A stretch of DNA of 64,000 bases from an uncultured Planctomycetota bacterium (GTDB lineage Bacteria > Planctomycetota > Planctomycetia > Isosphaerales > Isosphaeraceae): positions 1,024,001 through 1,088,000 of the forward strand of contig CAWGMQ010000007.1 in assembly GCA_963823665.1 (NCBI GenBank), written 5' to 3'. Positions 12,344 to 22,827 of this stretch are shown here, in pieces (position 1 is the stretch's first letter; the number at the start of each line of letters is the position of its first letter). The notes beneath the pieces were generated by a model that worked only from the letters and a program-made list of their open reading frames with translations, was not told where the DNA came from and searched no databases. A program made the position numbers and the translations under genes.

Positions 12344-13093
12344 CTACTTCTTGCCGTAGACGACAGACGCCGGCAAGTCCGTGACCGGGGCGCCGGTCTG
12401 ACCGTAAGCGATCGAGGCGTGCTTGTCGCGTTCCTTCTCCTCACGCTCGCGTCTGTGCGTACCGAGCAAGGGCAGACCGAGCAGATGGCTGATGATATGC
12501 GGTCGGGAGGAAGGCGGTGAAGAGATGGCGGATTGCGCCGGCGGCAGGTTCGTCGGCACGACGGCTGGATCAACGGGTCCGGGCCCGCCGCGGCCACCGA
12601 GTGCGGCCATGCGAGGGTCCGTCGCGCCATGCGAATGCGGCTTGGCGACGCCGACCGGGACCGGATCGGATCCCACTAGGGCCTCACCAACGACTGCATA
12701 GCCGGGGGCCTCGGGTCCGCCCGGCCCGCCAACGACCGCGTATCCAGGTGCGTGGAGATCGTGGCTTGAAACCGGCCCGGACGCGACCATGTTTTCCTGG
12801 CAGGTAGGGCAAGAAGCCCCGCCTCGGACGACTGCGCCTTGCATCCCGGGCTCGAGCGGAGGAGGCGCAGGAACATCTACACCGTCGTGAGACTTGGCGT
12901 AGGCTCGCTGACATTCGACGCAGTGCCGGCGACCGAATAGTCCCTTATGGTGGTGGGGCTTTGCCGGGGCCTGCGGCGGCGCCATGTACATCTGGCCGTT
13001 ATCGTCGTCGCCAAGCGGCCCTGCCATCACGACGGCCGGAACAGCGAGCGCCACGCCGTAGAAACCCAGTACCAAACGAGCACGGAATCGCAT
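12344..13093 (-). CDS. Hypothetical secreted Pro/Gly-rich protein with two CxxC motifs
   Basis: AAGGAG RBS, signal peptide, HCVECQ and CPTCQ, duplicated PGYAVVG. Confidence 0.75.
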   Translation of the reverse strand: MRFRARLVLGFYGVALAVPAVVMAGPLGDDDNGQMYMAPPQAPAKPHHHKGLFGRRHCVECQRAYAKSHDGVDVPAPPPLEPGMQGAVVRGGASCPTCQENMVASGPVSSHDLHAPGYAVVGGPGGPEAPGYAVVGEALVGSDPVPVGVAKPHSHGATDPRMAALGGRGGPGPVDPAVVPTNLPPAQSAISSPPSSRPHIISHLLGLPLLGTHRREREEKERDKHASIAYGQTGAPVTDLPASVVYGKK

Positions 13094-13324
13094 TCGGGAA
13101 CTCCTTTCCCAGGTTCACGCCCAGGGCCGAGCAAGTGAGCATGCACGCGCCTGGACCGACCGAACGGAAGCGTTTGAGCGGCCCCTTGGGCCTGCGCGAC
13201 TTCCTGCGCACGACTCCAGCGTGGGCTCTTCATACATCCCCTAAGATCGGCACAAATGGGCTAGGTCTTGCGACAAATGGACAGAGAGGAGCGAAAGAAT
13301 GCTGGTCGATCGGGATTCGGCATC

Positions 13325-13809
13325 TCAGAAGGCGTCGCTGCTGATGACTTCGCCGCCGTTGCGGATGCCAACGCCTTGCCAGATGAGGAGGTTCATCGAG
13401 TTCTTCATGAATTGGACGTCGCCGTCGGCCATCAACGTGTTGACGCCGCCGGGGTGGCGGCTTCTGCTCGCGACATTCAGCGATAGCCAGCTCCAGAGCG
13501 GATCGGAACTCGTGCTGTGAGGCAGACAGCCGCGGCAGTCGCGCAGCAGGTCGTTCGGTGCTCGGAGGTGGTTTTACGATGCTGTGGCCAGGTGCTCCGT
13601 AGTGCCAGCGCACGCCCTTGGTCGCCTGGAACTGTGTGGTGGTGGGCGGGGGGCTGAGGCAGAGCGCCGCATAGTCGGCGTCGGAGCTGATGGGAGGGCC
13701 AGTGGTGCTGTTGTTACCGGTGACGAGAAACGCTCCCAGAGGGTCGGTCAAGTAAGTCGAGATGGAAGTCGAGCAACTCGATGAGCGTAAACCCACGACG
13801 GATGCGCAT
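13325..13809 (-). pseudogene. DUF1559 (prepilin-type N-terminal / H-X9-DG-CTERM) gene remnant with a large internal deletion and frameshifts
   Basis: MRIRRGFTLIELL at 13809; a frame read by hand ends ASRSRHPGGVNTLMADGDVQFMKNSMNLLIWQGVGIRNGGEVISSDAF* at 13325; the segment after the prepilin motif is missing. Confidence 0.8.
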
Positions 13810-13831
13810 TTCATTCACTCGCAATCTGGAC

Positions 13832-14248
13832 CTACTTGAGCTCGATGATTGCAATCTTCTTGGGATCTTCGATACGGATGCGAATCTGATCATCCTCTTC
13901 AATTACCTTGCCGGTGACGCGGATCGTCTTGTCCTTGAAATGCTCGGCGGGGTCATCGATTCCGGCCTCGCGAAACTTGTCGGCGTGGTCGTAGCTGATC
14001 GCGACGGAGAGATTCTTCGCGTCATGAAAGTCTTCTTCGGAATCGAGAAAGTAGGTCTTCCGTCCGGCGGCGTTCTTGCTCGACTTGACCTTCATTTCGA
14101 ACGTACATTCCTGGCCGACGTGGTTTCGCCCCTCAGCGGCCGGGAACACTTTTTCAGCTTTTTTGTCGTCATCCCTGGCTGCAACGGAATTGCCCCAAGC
14201 GGGTGCGGCGGCGAACAGAAGCAGCAGCAGCCGGAAGGACGACGGCAT
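13832..14248 (-). CDS. Secreted OB-fold-like hypothetical protein
   Basis: Signal peptide; HVGQECT..VKS, YFLDSEEDF, FKDKTIRVTGKV, IRIEDPKKI pattern. Confidence 0.7.
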   Translation of the reverse strand: MPSSFRLLLLLFAAAPAWGNSVAARDDDKKAEKVFPAAEGRNHVGQECTFEMKVKSSKNAAGRKTYFLDSEEDFHDAKNLSVAISYDHADKFREAGIDDPAEHFKDKTIRVTGKVIEEDDQIRIRIEDPKKIAIIELK

Positions 14249-14541
14249 AGACGAATTCCTCGGGGATTTCAGGGTCGGATTCGCGACCGACACCGTTGAG
14301 CGGTCCGAGCAACCATCATGATCACCTGGCCGCGCTGGAAAGAGGAGATTGGGGCTTTGCGCCATGATCATGGCGTTACGCCACGATTGTAAAGGCTGCG
14401 GCACCGGAATCAAATCGTTTTCCGGAAAAACTCGGGGCGGGCAATAGAGCGGCCTTGTGTGGTAATCTTTAGGCTCAACTTGCTACGGGTCGGTAAGGTT
14501 TCGATCGACGGTGGTTGATCCGACGGAGACAAGACACGATC

Positions 14542-15164
14542 ATGGCGCGGATTTCGTTCGTGGAGAACGACCTCAGAGCTCGTCGGGAGCGCGCGGGTTG
14601 GTCGCAGGCGGAGCTGGCCCGGCGAGCCGCACTTTCGCGCGCGAGATCAGCGCCATCGAAACCGGGCGGCTCGTTCGTTCGACGGCTGCGGCGCTTTCTC
14701 TGGCACGCTCCCTCGACCGCAGTGTCGAGTCGCTTTTTCGCCTGCCGGAGCGCGAGCGTGAGCAAGTCGCATGGGCCTGGACTTGTGAGCCTCCCTTTGC
14801 GTCCGGTCGGTTCTGGCGTGCGGAAGTCGGCGGCTGCGCGCTGCTCTATCCTGTAGAGGTCTCCCCGTTGGGGTTGCTTCCCCACGATGGGACGTTTGGC
14901 GACCAAGGTCTTGATTTCCACCCCTGTGATGATTCATTGCGTACGCTGGTGCTTGCCTCTTGCGATCTGGCGGTCGGACTTCTGCACGTCCGCAGGAAAC
15001 GTTACGAGATCTGTTCCCTGGAATCGCTCGCCGAAGATCCGCGGCTCGAGCCGCTTTCGGGTGTGGTCAGGTCCGGTCATTATCGGCGCTCGCTGGGCGA
15101 ACTGCCTGGCTACGACGTGTCTCATACCGGCGAGCTCAGCCGGTTCAGCTCGCCTGGGAAATGA
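14542..15164 (+). pseudogene. XRE-type HTH regulator fused to a truncated PBP-like domain; frameshift near 14640 and apparent internal deletion
   Basis: NDLRARRERAGWSQAELARRA then (other frame) ISAIETGRL..AALSLARSL..VESLF; TLVLASCD joined almost directly to the C-terminal LGELPGYD..TGE motif. Confidence 0.65.
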
Positions 15165-15246
15165 GTTGACTTGCGCTGGATCGGATCTCAGGATGGTTGA
15201 CTTGTGCTCGAAAGTCCGCGGAACCAGTGTAGACAAGGAGCATGAA

Positions 15247-15675
15247 ATGAGATCACTGATCTGTGTGGCAAGTGTGCTGGCCGTGTTGGCTTTTGCCTGT
15301 CTGGCAGCCGGCACGGCGGGGGCTTCGGACGACGATGAGGAAACGCCCACGATCAAGACTGTCATGGAAAAGCTGCACAAGGGCGCCAAATCGCCGGTCA
15401 ATAACCTCAAAGCGGCCCTCAAGGGCAACTCACCTGATTGGGAGTCGGTACAAAAGGAGGCCAAGCTGGTCAAGAAGTACGGCGATGCGCTGCCAAAGAA
15501 CGACCCGCCGCGCGGCAAGAAGGAGGCGTATGAGAAGCTTGCCAAGGCGTATGCCTCGAGTGCGAAATCACTGGAAGAAGCGGCCGAGAAAGAAAACCTC
15601 AAGGGTGCTCGTGACGCGCTAAAGAAGATTCAAGGCTCGTGCACCGCGTGCCATAAGAGCCATCGGCCGACTTGA
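15247..15675 (+). CDS. Periplasmic c-type cytochrome (cytochrome c'-like)
   Basis: AAGGAG RBS, signal peptide, helical Lys-rich body, C-terminal CTACH heme-binding motif. Confidence 0.85.
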   Translation: MRSLICVASVLAVLAFACLAAGTAGASDDDEETPTIKTVMEKLHKGAKSPVNNLKAALKGNSPDWESVQKEAKLVKKYGDALPKNDPPRGKKEAYEKLAKAYASSAKSLEEAAEKENLKGARDALKKIQGSCTACHKSHRPT

Positions 15676-15742
15676 TGCGGCGTGGGGCTGCCGTTGCAGC
15701 ATTGAACCGAGGAAAGCACGATTTTGGCGAGGTGCGCTCGCG

Positions 15743-16912
15743 ATGCAGCTTCCCTTGATCTCACAAAAGGCGTCGCGATTCACCGAGAGCGTGATCCGTG
15801 GGATGACGGTCGAGGCGCGGAAGTTTGGCGCGATCAACCTGGCGCAGGGGATGCCGGACTTCCCGGCTCCGCTCGAGATCAAGCAGGCCGCGTGCCGAGC
15901 GATCGAAGACGACATCAACCAGTACGCGATCACGTGGGGCTCAAAAAGTCTGCGGCTGGCAGTCGCGGAGCACGCCGCCTGGCACTTGGGAATTGAGGTC
16001 GATCCGGAGACGGACATCACGGTGACCTGCGGCAGCACCGAGGCCATGCTCGTGGTGCTCCTGTCGTTAATCAATCCAGGTGATGAAGTTATTTTGACTC
16101 AACCGTTCTACGAGAACTACTGGCCTGACTGCGCACTCGCCGGCGCGATTCCCCGATTCGTTCCGCTCCATCCTCCGGGCTGGCGCTTCGACCCTGACCA
16201 GCTCGGCGCGGCCTTCAATGACAAAACCAAAGCGATCATCCTGTGCAATCCGAACAATCCGACCGGAACGGTTTTTACGCGAGAAGACCTGGATCAGGTC
16301 GCTGCGCTGTGCCGCAAATGGAATGTGATCGGCGTCACGGATGAAATCTATGAGCACATTGTCTACGATGGCCGGCCACACGTTGCGCTGGCTGCGCTTG
16401 ACGGCATGCGGGATCGTGCGGTGACGATCGGTGGCATGTCGAAAACTTACGCCGTGACGGGGTGGCGCGTCGGAACGATCATCGCAGCACCTCATCTGAC
16501 TCATGCGTTTCGTCAGGTGCACGACTTCGTTTCGATCGGCGCGGCGGCCCCGCTTCAGGAAGCCGGCGCGACGGCGTATCGATTTCCACGATCGTATTAC
16601 AGCAAGCTCGCTGCGGATTATCAGGCGCGGCGAGACCGATTCTGCAAGGCGCTCTGGGAAACTGGGTTCGACTTCGCGGCGCCTGAAGGCGCCTACTATA
16701 TCATGGCGGGGATCTCTGCGTTTGGGGCAAAAGACGACGTGGAATTCAGCCGCTACCTCGTGCGTGAAATCGGCGTCGCAACTGTGCCGGGATCGAGCTT
16801 TTTCCAGGACAAATCGCTCGGGCGACCGTACGTACGGTTTTGTTTCTGTAAGCAAGATTCCACACTCGACGCCGCGGCGGATCGCCTGCGAAAGTTGCGC
16901 GTTGTCGTGTGA
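15743..16912 (+). CDS. PLP-dependent class I/II aminotransferase
   Basis: AINLAQGMPDF, NPNNPTG, DEIYEH, SKTYAVTGWRVG, VRFCF. Confidence 0.93.
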   Translation: MQLPLISQKASRFTESVIRGMTVEARKFGAINLAQGMPDFPAPLEIKQAACRAIEDDINQYAITWGSKSLRLAVAEHAAWHLGIEVDPETDITVTCGSTEAMLVVLLSLINPGDEVILTQPFYENYWPDCALAGAIPRFVPLHPPGWRFDPDQLGAAFNDKTKAIILCNPNNPTGTVFTREDLDQVAALCRKWNVIGVTDEIYEHIVYDGRPHVALAALDGMRDRAVTIGGMSKTYAVTGWRVGTIIAAPHLTHAFRQVHDFVSIGAAAPLQEAGATAYRFPRSYYSKLAADYQARRDRFCKALWETGFDFAAPEGAYYIMAGISAFGAKDDVEFSRYLVREIGVATVPGSSFFQDKSLGRPYVRFCFCKQDSTLDAAADRLRKLRVVV

Positions 16913-16952
16913 TCTCGCCGGATGATGCAATCTTGAACAAGGGACAAGTACC

Positions 16953-17708
16953 ATGAATATCCGCTTCATGCCATCGATTGACGTTCGTGCTACCGAAGCA
17001 CGACTCCCGCTCTTGGCGATGTTGTTGCTCGCCTTGGGAGTTGCCACGGACGCTTGCGCTCAAACGCCCCTCCCCGGGCCATACACAAACTTTAACACGA
17101 ATCAGTACTCCGGCCCGCTGTATTACAATCCGGGTTATGCGCAGTACGGGTTGCCCGGAGTCGGAGTGTCACCGTGGAATCCGATCGTTCAGGCGCAGCT
17201 CAATCTTGGGATGAGAACGGCGCGTTACAACATGTACAGTGCGTGGGCCGACCAGTCTAACGCCGCCGCCAACCTTTATTATCAGCAAGCAGTGGCCCAG
17301 CAGATCCAGAACGCACAAGCGCAGCAGGCCATTCAAACACGCTATGACGTTCAAACTCGCGCTCCGCGCCCGCTTACCCGCCCGACCGACAACACCAAGC
17401 GGCTCTTGGCCAAGAGCGATGTGCTCAAGGCAGACGGGAACGTCATTTGGCCGGCATTGGCGCCGTCGAGTGATGAGTTAAACAAAGCTCGCCACGGGGC
17501 TGAAGCCGCAATCCGCGTTGCGGTCAAGGAGTTCGAGACCACTGGCAAAGCGTCGATCGCCAGCGTCGCAGAAGCGAAAAGCGACCTTTTTGAGTACGGC
17601 AAGCCCGCGCTCGACCAACTGGCTCGCGCAAACCGCGAGGACGCCAAAAAGCTGCTGAAATTCTTGGCCAGCTTGGAACAGGTGCTGAATAGCCTCACTG
17701 GAGAGTAA
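16953..17708 (+). CDS. Hypothetical secreted protein
   Basis: Signal peptide, Tyr/Asn/Gln-rich N-part, WP motif and helical C-terminal domain. Confidence 0.7.
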   Translation: MNIRFMPSIDVRATEARLPLLAMLLLALGVATDACAQTPLPGPYTNFNTNQYSGPLYYNPGYAQYGLPGVGVSPWNPIVQAQLNLGMRTARYNMYSAWADQSNAAANLYYQQAVAQQIQNAQAQQAIQTRYDVQTRAPRPLTRPTDNTKRLLAKSDVLKADGNVIWPALAPSSDELNKARHGAEAAIRVAVKEFETTGKASIASVAEAKSDLFEYGKPALDQLARANREDAKKLLKFLASLEQVLNSLTGE

Positions 17709-17854
17709 GAGAACGAATTGGTGGAGAACCTACACACAACGACCGCTCGAACCGAGCGACAGGGCCGCCGAAGAGTGATCTGCGCGAACTGCCGCCCCGT
17801 TCCAGCTTGAATTCGCCCGTTCAGATCAGGGGCGAGCGGCTTCGCCCGCGCCCT

Positions 17855-18952
17855 TCACGCTGTTCTCGACAGCCTTCGACAGGCGCTCCCGTCTAATTCA
17901 ACGTGTGTGATGTTGCCGTCGCGGCCTACGAGAATCGTTGCCGGTACGGCGGCGACCGAATACGCTTTGGCGGTCGCCTCAGCGGATTCTCCGAGGATTT
18001 CCGGCCACGCCGCGCGGTGGTGAAGCAAGAACCAGCGAACGGTCGAAAGCACCTCCTTCGGATCGGACTTGTTCCCGTTCAGGTCTTGGCCGAGCGAGTC
18101 GAGATTGACACCGATCACGATGAAGCCCTGGCCACGGTAGGCGTGGTATAACTCGCGAAGATGCGCGAACTCCGCAACACACGGCGGTGCCCAGCTCGCC
18201 CAAAAGTCGATCAAGACAACCTTACCCTTATAGTCGGAAAGACGGACCGGTTTGCCGTCGGCATCGGTCCCTTCGAACATCGGCGCGGGCTTGCCGACCA
18301 TCTCGAAACGGGCTAGACGATGCTCGAAGTAAGGCTTGACTGTTGGGTCGGGATGACCAGTCTGAGAAAGGAGATTGCACACCTCCTTGGCGAGGTCATA
18401 GCGACCGCCGCGGGCAAGCCGCTGAAGATATGCCTCGCCGACGGCACAGACCAAGGGTGCAGGGAGCCGGTGTTCGTCAGAGACGTCGGCAGCAGCCCGC
18501 TGCTTGAGAAACTCCTTTAACTCGACGACCGACTTGTCAAACTCGCCTCGTTCGGCCTGTTTGATCAAGATGATCGAGGCTGCGAGCGCGAAGTTCTCGT
18601 GGTCGCCGCGAGCGTGAGCGAGGTAGGCGCGGGCCAGCGATTCGGCCTCGCTGTAAAGACCGCGGCCAACCGCTAGATCAAACGCCGCATGGTAGGTCGA
18701 TTCGGAGTCGTAGCCGGTCTGGCGTTGCGCCAACGCGGACAGGTCAGCGAGCTTCCTGCGATCGAGCTCGGCCGCCTGACGTGCGTAGTGCGCTTCCAGC
18801 TCGGCGCGCGAATTGAACGCGTTGTCCGCAGCCGGCTGGTAGGGCTTATCCGCGGCCCCGTCGCCCAGCCCCGCAGCCGTTGACACCACCGAAACGAGCA
18901 AAAGGAAAGCGAAGCCGGTTGAAATCCAAGTCGCGACGCGTGATGAATTCAT
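17855..18952 (-). CDS. TlpA/ResA-like thioredoxin-fold protein with N-terminal helical domain; WAPPC active site; last residues possibly frameshifted
   Basis: GKPAPMFEGTDADGKPVRLSDYKGKVVLIDFWASWAPPC, IGVNLD, YSVAAVPATILVGRDG. Confidence 0.85.
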   Translation of the reverse strand: MNSSRVATWISTGFAFLLLVSVVSTAAGLGDGAADKPYQPAADNAFNSRAELEAHYARQAAELDRRKLADLSALAQRQTGYDSESTYHAAFDLAVGRGLYSEAESLARAYLAHARGDHENFALAASIILIKQAERGEFDKSVVELKEFLKQRAAADVSDEHRLPAPLVCAVGEAYLQRLARGGRYDLAKEVCNLLSQTGHPDPTVKPYFEHRLARFEMVGKPAPMFEGTDADGKPVRLSDYKGKVVLIDFWASWAPPCVAEFAHLRELYHAYRGQGFIVIGVNLDSLGQDLNGNKSDPKEVLSTVRWFLLHHRAAWPEILGESAEATAKAYSVAAVPATILVGRDGNITHVELDGSACRRLSRTA

Positions 18953-19117
18953 GACTTCGCTCTCGGGCTTTGGTTTCATTGGAAGATGATTGGGTAACAC
19001 ACCTCCCTGGCCGGAAATCGCTGATCGCCAGGGGCCTGCTCGCTAATTTAACGCCCGGAATAGGGGTGCACAAGGAAGTGTTGGCAGGTAATGAAGCTTC
19101 GCACAGAGGTCGCGTGT

Positions 19118-22027
19118 TCATTCTGAGCCGGTGCTTGCCCGCGTCGGTGAGCTTTCTTTCGATCCCGCGGACTTGGCTCGCGACTTTGCTGGGACGGGGT
19201 TTCCTTCCACGTCAAGCTGCTCGAACCTCTCGACGAATGGCAGGCTCCGCAGCGGTTCCTCGATTTGTGATCGGTCACCAACGACCAGAATCGCCATCTT
19301 CTCGGCCGTGATGTACTCGCGTGCGACCCGGTCGACATCGGCCTTGGTGACCGCTTCCACACGCGCCTGGTAGCGAGCGAACTCATCGTCCGGAAGGTCT
19401 TCGGCGATCAGAATCGCGAGCTGGCCGGCGACCCCGAAAGTGGTTTCGAACCGATGAGGGAATCCCTGAACCATCCGCTGTTTTGCGAAGGCTAGCTCTG
19501 CCTCCGTGACCGGGCGCTTGCCGGAGACGTCGATCAATTCCTTGAACAACTCGACGAGCGATTCTCTGGTGACCGCCGTCTGCACTGTCGCGACAGCCTC
19601 AAACGGCCCCGGTCCTCGCAAGAACGAGAAACTCGATTCGGCGCCGTAGCTGTAGCCCTTGTTCTCCCGCAGATTCATGTTGATCCGGCTCACGAATTGG
19701 CCACCCAGCACGGCGTTCATGACCGAAAGCGCGAAAACGTCGGGTGATTTGCGGGCGGCGCCGATTCGCCCCACGGTCAGCACGGTCTGAGCCGCGGCCG
19801 GTTTATTGACCAGAAAGATCGTGCTCCGGCCGATGGTTGGAACGGTGCCGACCGACGTTGCCGGCTGCGGCGGGGCCGTGCCGGCTGCCCAGGCGCCGAG
19901 CCGGGACTCGAGGGCCGCGGTGATCGAATCCGGCTGCACGTCGCCAACGACCACGAGCGCTGCGTTTGCCGGCACCATGATCTTCTTGCAGAACGCGACC
20001 ACGTCATCGCGGGTGATCGACTGGACCGAGCTCGCCGTCCCCAGCTCGGGCCGGCCGTACGAATGATCCGGCCCGTAGATCAAACGCGGGAAGATCGCTT
20101 CCGCCGTGTGCTCGGCATCATCGGCCCGGGCTTTCAGTTGAGCCAGGCGCTGAACCTTCAACCGTACGAGCTGTTTCTCGGGAAACGACGCGTTGAGAAT
20201 CACGTCGGCGTAGAGATCGAGCGCAGGATTGAGGTGCCTGGTGAGCGTGGTCAAGCTGACGGTCGACGATTCCAGCTCGCCGGCTGCCCCCAGCGACGAG
20301 CTGATCTCTGCCAGCTCGCCGGCGATTTGTAGTGCGTCGCGCGAACTTGTTCCCTCATCCAGCAAGCCGATGGCGATCGAAGCGAGCCCTTCCTTACCCT
20401 TGGGTGTCGAAGTCTCGCCGGACTTGAAGACCAGGTCGAGCGTCACGATCGGCAGGTCATGTCGCTCGACGATTCTGAGCTCGAGGCCGTTCGAGAGCCT
20501 GCGGCGCTCAAAGCTCGGGGGCGAGTATCGCGGAGTCGGTCCGACAGCGGGGATTAAAGCGCGGTCGAAGTCGTCGCGGATGTCCGCGCTCGGTGGGCTC
20601 GGTAAGGGCGCCTCGCGCGAGGCATCTGCCACCGTTTCCGGCGCACGAGAGGCTGGGTTGCCCGGAACGACGTCCAGCTCAATGAAATGAGGGCCGAGGT
20701 ATTCCCTCGCCACTCGCTTCACGTCTTCGGGCGTGACGGCAAAGATCTTGTCGATTTCGACCTGATAGCCGAGCGGGTTGTCATACCGGTCCGTGTACTC
20801 GTTCAACAGGGCGGCCTTGCGAGTCACCGACTGCATGCTCATCACGAGCTCACTCTCGCGCTCGTTTTGTGCCTTGCGCACTTCCGCCGCCGTGGGGCCA
20901 TCCTGCTTCAGCTTCTCGATCTGGGCCTCGGCAATCTCGACGAGCTCATCGAGTTTCTGGCCCGGCTGCGAGTAGAGCTCCACTTCGAACGTGCCCGAAA
21001 GCAAGTGGGTCGGATGCGACGCTTGCACCTGGGCCGCGAGCTGGCGGTCGTACACCAGAGTTCGGAACAGCCGATTCTCTTTGGGCAAACCGCCAAGGAC
21101 GGCTGCAAGCACGTCGAGTGCCGGCTCGTCCGGATGAGTGCTGGGCACGGTCGGCCAGATCAGCTCGGCGCGAGAAAGACTGACGGCGTCGGTCATCGTG
21201 ATATGCTTGGATTCCGTGAGCTTGGGAATGCTCGGTTTCGGCCGGACGATAGCCGGCCCGCGCGGCAGCGGGCCGAAGTACTTCTTGATCCAGGTTTTGG
21301 CCTGCACAGGTTCAAAATCGCCGGCGACACAGAGGATCGCATTGTTGGGGACGTAGTAAGTGCGGAAGAATGCCGAGACATCCGCCAGGCGAGCGGCAGA
21401 CAGGTCGTTCATCGAGCCGATCACGCTGTGGTGATAAGGATGATTGGTCGGATAAAGGGCCTTCAGAAGCGCTTCTTCCGCTTGGCCATAAGGCGCATTA
21501 TCAACACTCTCGCGGCGCTCGTTCTTGACGACGTCGCGCTGGTTGTCGAGCCGATCCTGGGTCATGGACGGCAGCAGGAAGCCCATCCGGTCGGCCTCGA
21601 GCCAGAGCGCCAGCTCCAGTGCGTTGCTCGGCACGGTCTCGTAGTAGATCGTGTCGTCCTCACCGGTGGTGCCGTTCAGATCGGCGCCGAGCTTTTCGAG
21701 CGGTATGAAATAATCGCTGTCGTGATGCTGCGATCCCTGGAACATCATGTGCTCGAAGAGGTGGGCGAAGCCCGTCCGTCCGGGCTTTTCGTCTTTTGAG
21801 CCGACTCGGTACCACAGATTCACGCCAACGACGGGCGTTTTGTGGTCTTCGTGAAGCACGACTCGCAATCCATTGGATAGGGTGAACTGTTCGACCTTGA
21901 GCATGGGGACCTGCGGTTTCCTCGGTTCCTCGGCCGCTGGCTCGGCCCCGATGACGATCGGCACCCAGACGCCCCAGACCACGACGGCAAGGCCGAAAAA
22001 AGCCCGGCGGATTCTCGTCGGTCGCAT
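19118..22027 (-). CDS. M16 family zinc metallopeptidase (pitrilysin-like)
   Basis: Signal peptide, LSNGL twice, GFAHLFEHMMFQGS (HxxEH), VVKNERR, LRENKGYSYG. Confidence 0.93.
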   Translation of the reverse strand: MRPTRIRRAFFGLAVVVWGVWVPIVIGAEPAAEEPRKPQVPMLKVEQFTLSNGLRVVLHEDHKTPVVGVNLWYRVGSKDEKPGRTGFAHLFEHMMFQGSQHHDSDYFIPLEKLGADLNGTTGEDDTIYYETVPSNALELALWLEADRMGFLLPSMTQDRLDNQRDVVKNERRESVDNAPYGQAEEALLKALYPTNHPYHHSVIGSMNDLSAARLADVSAFFRTYYVPNNAILCVAGDFEPVQAKTWIKKYFGPLPRGPAIVRPKPSIPKLTESKHITMTDAVSLSRAELIWPTVPSTHPDEPALDVLAAVLGGLPKENRLFRTLVYDRQLAAQVQASHPTHLLSGTFEVELYSQPGQKLDELVEIAEAQIEKLKQDGPTAAEVRKAQNERESELVMSMQSVTRKAALLNEYTDRYDNPLGYQVEIDKIFAVTPEDVKRVAREYLGPHFIELDVVPGNPASRAPETVADASREAPLPSPPSADIRDDFDRALIPAVGPTPRYSPPSFERRRLSNGLELRIVERHDLPIVTLDLVFKSGETSTPKGKEGLASIAIGLLDEGTSSRDALQIAGELAEISSSLGAAGELESSTVSLTTLTRHLNPALDLYADVILNASFPEKQLVRLKVQRLAQLKARADDAEHTAEAIFPRLIYGPDHSYGRPELGTASSVQSITRDDVVAFCKKIMVPANAALVVVGDVQPDSITAALESRLGAWAAGTAPPQPATSVGTVPTIGRSTIFLVNKPAAAQTVLTVGRIGAARKSPDVFALSVMNAVLGGQFVSRINMNLRENKGYSYGAESSFSFLRGPGPFEAVATVQTAVTRESLVELFKELIDVSGKRPVTEAELAFAKQRMVQGFPHRFETTFGVAGQLAILIAEDLPDDEFARYQARVEAVTKADVDRVAREYITAEKMAILVVGDRSQIEEPLRSLPFVERFEQLDVEGNPVPAKSRAKSAGSKESSPTRASTGSE

Positions 22028-22049
22028 AAATGCTGATCCCTCCTTGACA

Positions 22050-22709
22050 TCACTTTTTTTGTGGCGGCCAGTCGATGGGATCGTCGCCAAGTTCGTCTGC
22101 GAGTGATGCGCACTGCTTGCGAACGGATTTGAGGACGCGTGACGAGTACACGTAGACGGCTTCCGCGGTGATACCCAGCTCAGCGGCGATTAAGGCGCCT
22201 GGGCGGTCGCGAAGCATTCTTTGCTCGAAACATGCCCAGGCGGTGCGCGACGTTTTCGAATGGACATGCGGCAGAGCCCGCTTCAGGATCTGTTCCTGGT
22301 TGATCTCGTTGAGCTCGTCCTGAAGCTTGCGGCTCTCGGCTTCGCTCGATTCATGAAATCGCTTCACCCACTGTTCCTCGGCCTGGCGGCGTGCCTTGAC
22401 CCGCCGTGCGTGATCGACGAGTGCCGAATATGTCAGCTTCCAGAGGAAGCTGCGGAACCGCCCGCGCTTGCTGTCCAGCTCAAAGCCGGGCAGCGTCTGC
22501 ACCAGCCTGACGAACACATCCTGGACCAGATCGTTCGCACGGTCCTCCTCAAGCCCCAGGCGTCCCAGGTATCGCATGAGCAACGGCGCGTAGAAGTCAT
22601 GGAACCTGCGCCAGCTTTCAACGTCCGAGGGATCGCGGACGTTCTTGATCAGCGACAGGTTGGTCCGGAATTCAGACCTGTCATCGTCAGCTCGCGAGGT
22701 CTCTGCCAT
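22050..22709 (-). CDS. ECF-type RNA polymerase sigma factor
   Basis: TNLSLI..W..F...YAPLL, DLVQDVF, RGRFRSFL, IAAELGITAEAVYVYSSRV. Confidence 0.88.
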   Translation of the reverse strand: MAETSRADDDRSEFRTNLSLIKNVRDPSDVESWRRFHDFYAPLLMRYLGRLGLEEDRANDLVQDVFVRLVQTLPGFELDSKRGRFRSFLWKLTYSALVDHARRVKARRQAEEQWVKRFHESSEAESRKLQDELNEINQEQILKRALPHVHSKTSRTAWACFEQRMLRDRPGALIAAELGITAEAVYVYSSRVLKSVRKQCASLADELGDDPIDWPPQKK

Positions 22710-22827
22710 CGGCGCCCGGCTCCTCGGCTAGCCAACCCACCGGCGAATGTCCCGACCGACGCGGCCGGCATCCCGCTATTCTATCCTGGGCCTTCCAGAG
22801 ATGCGCCTGGTTAGAAACGAGCCGCGG

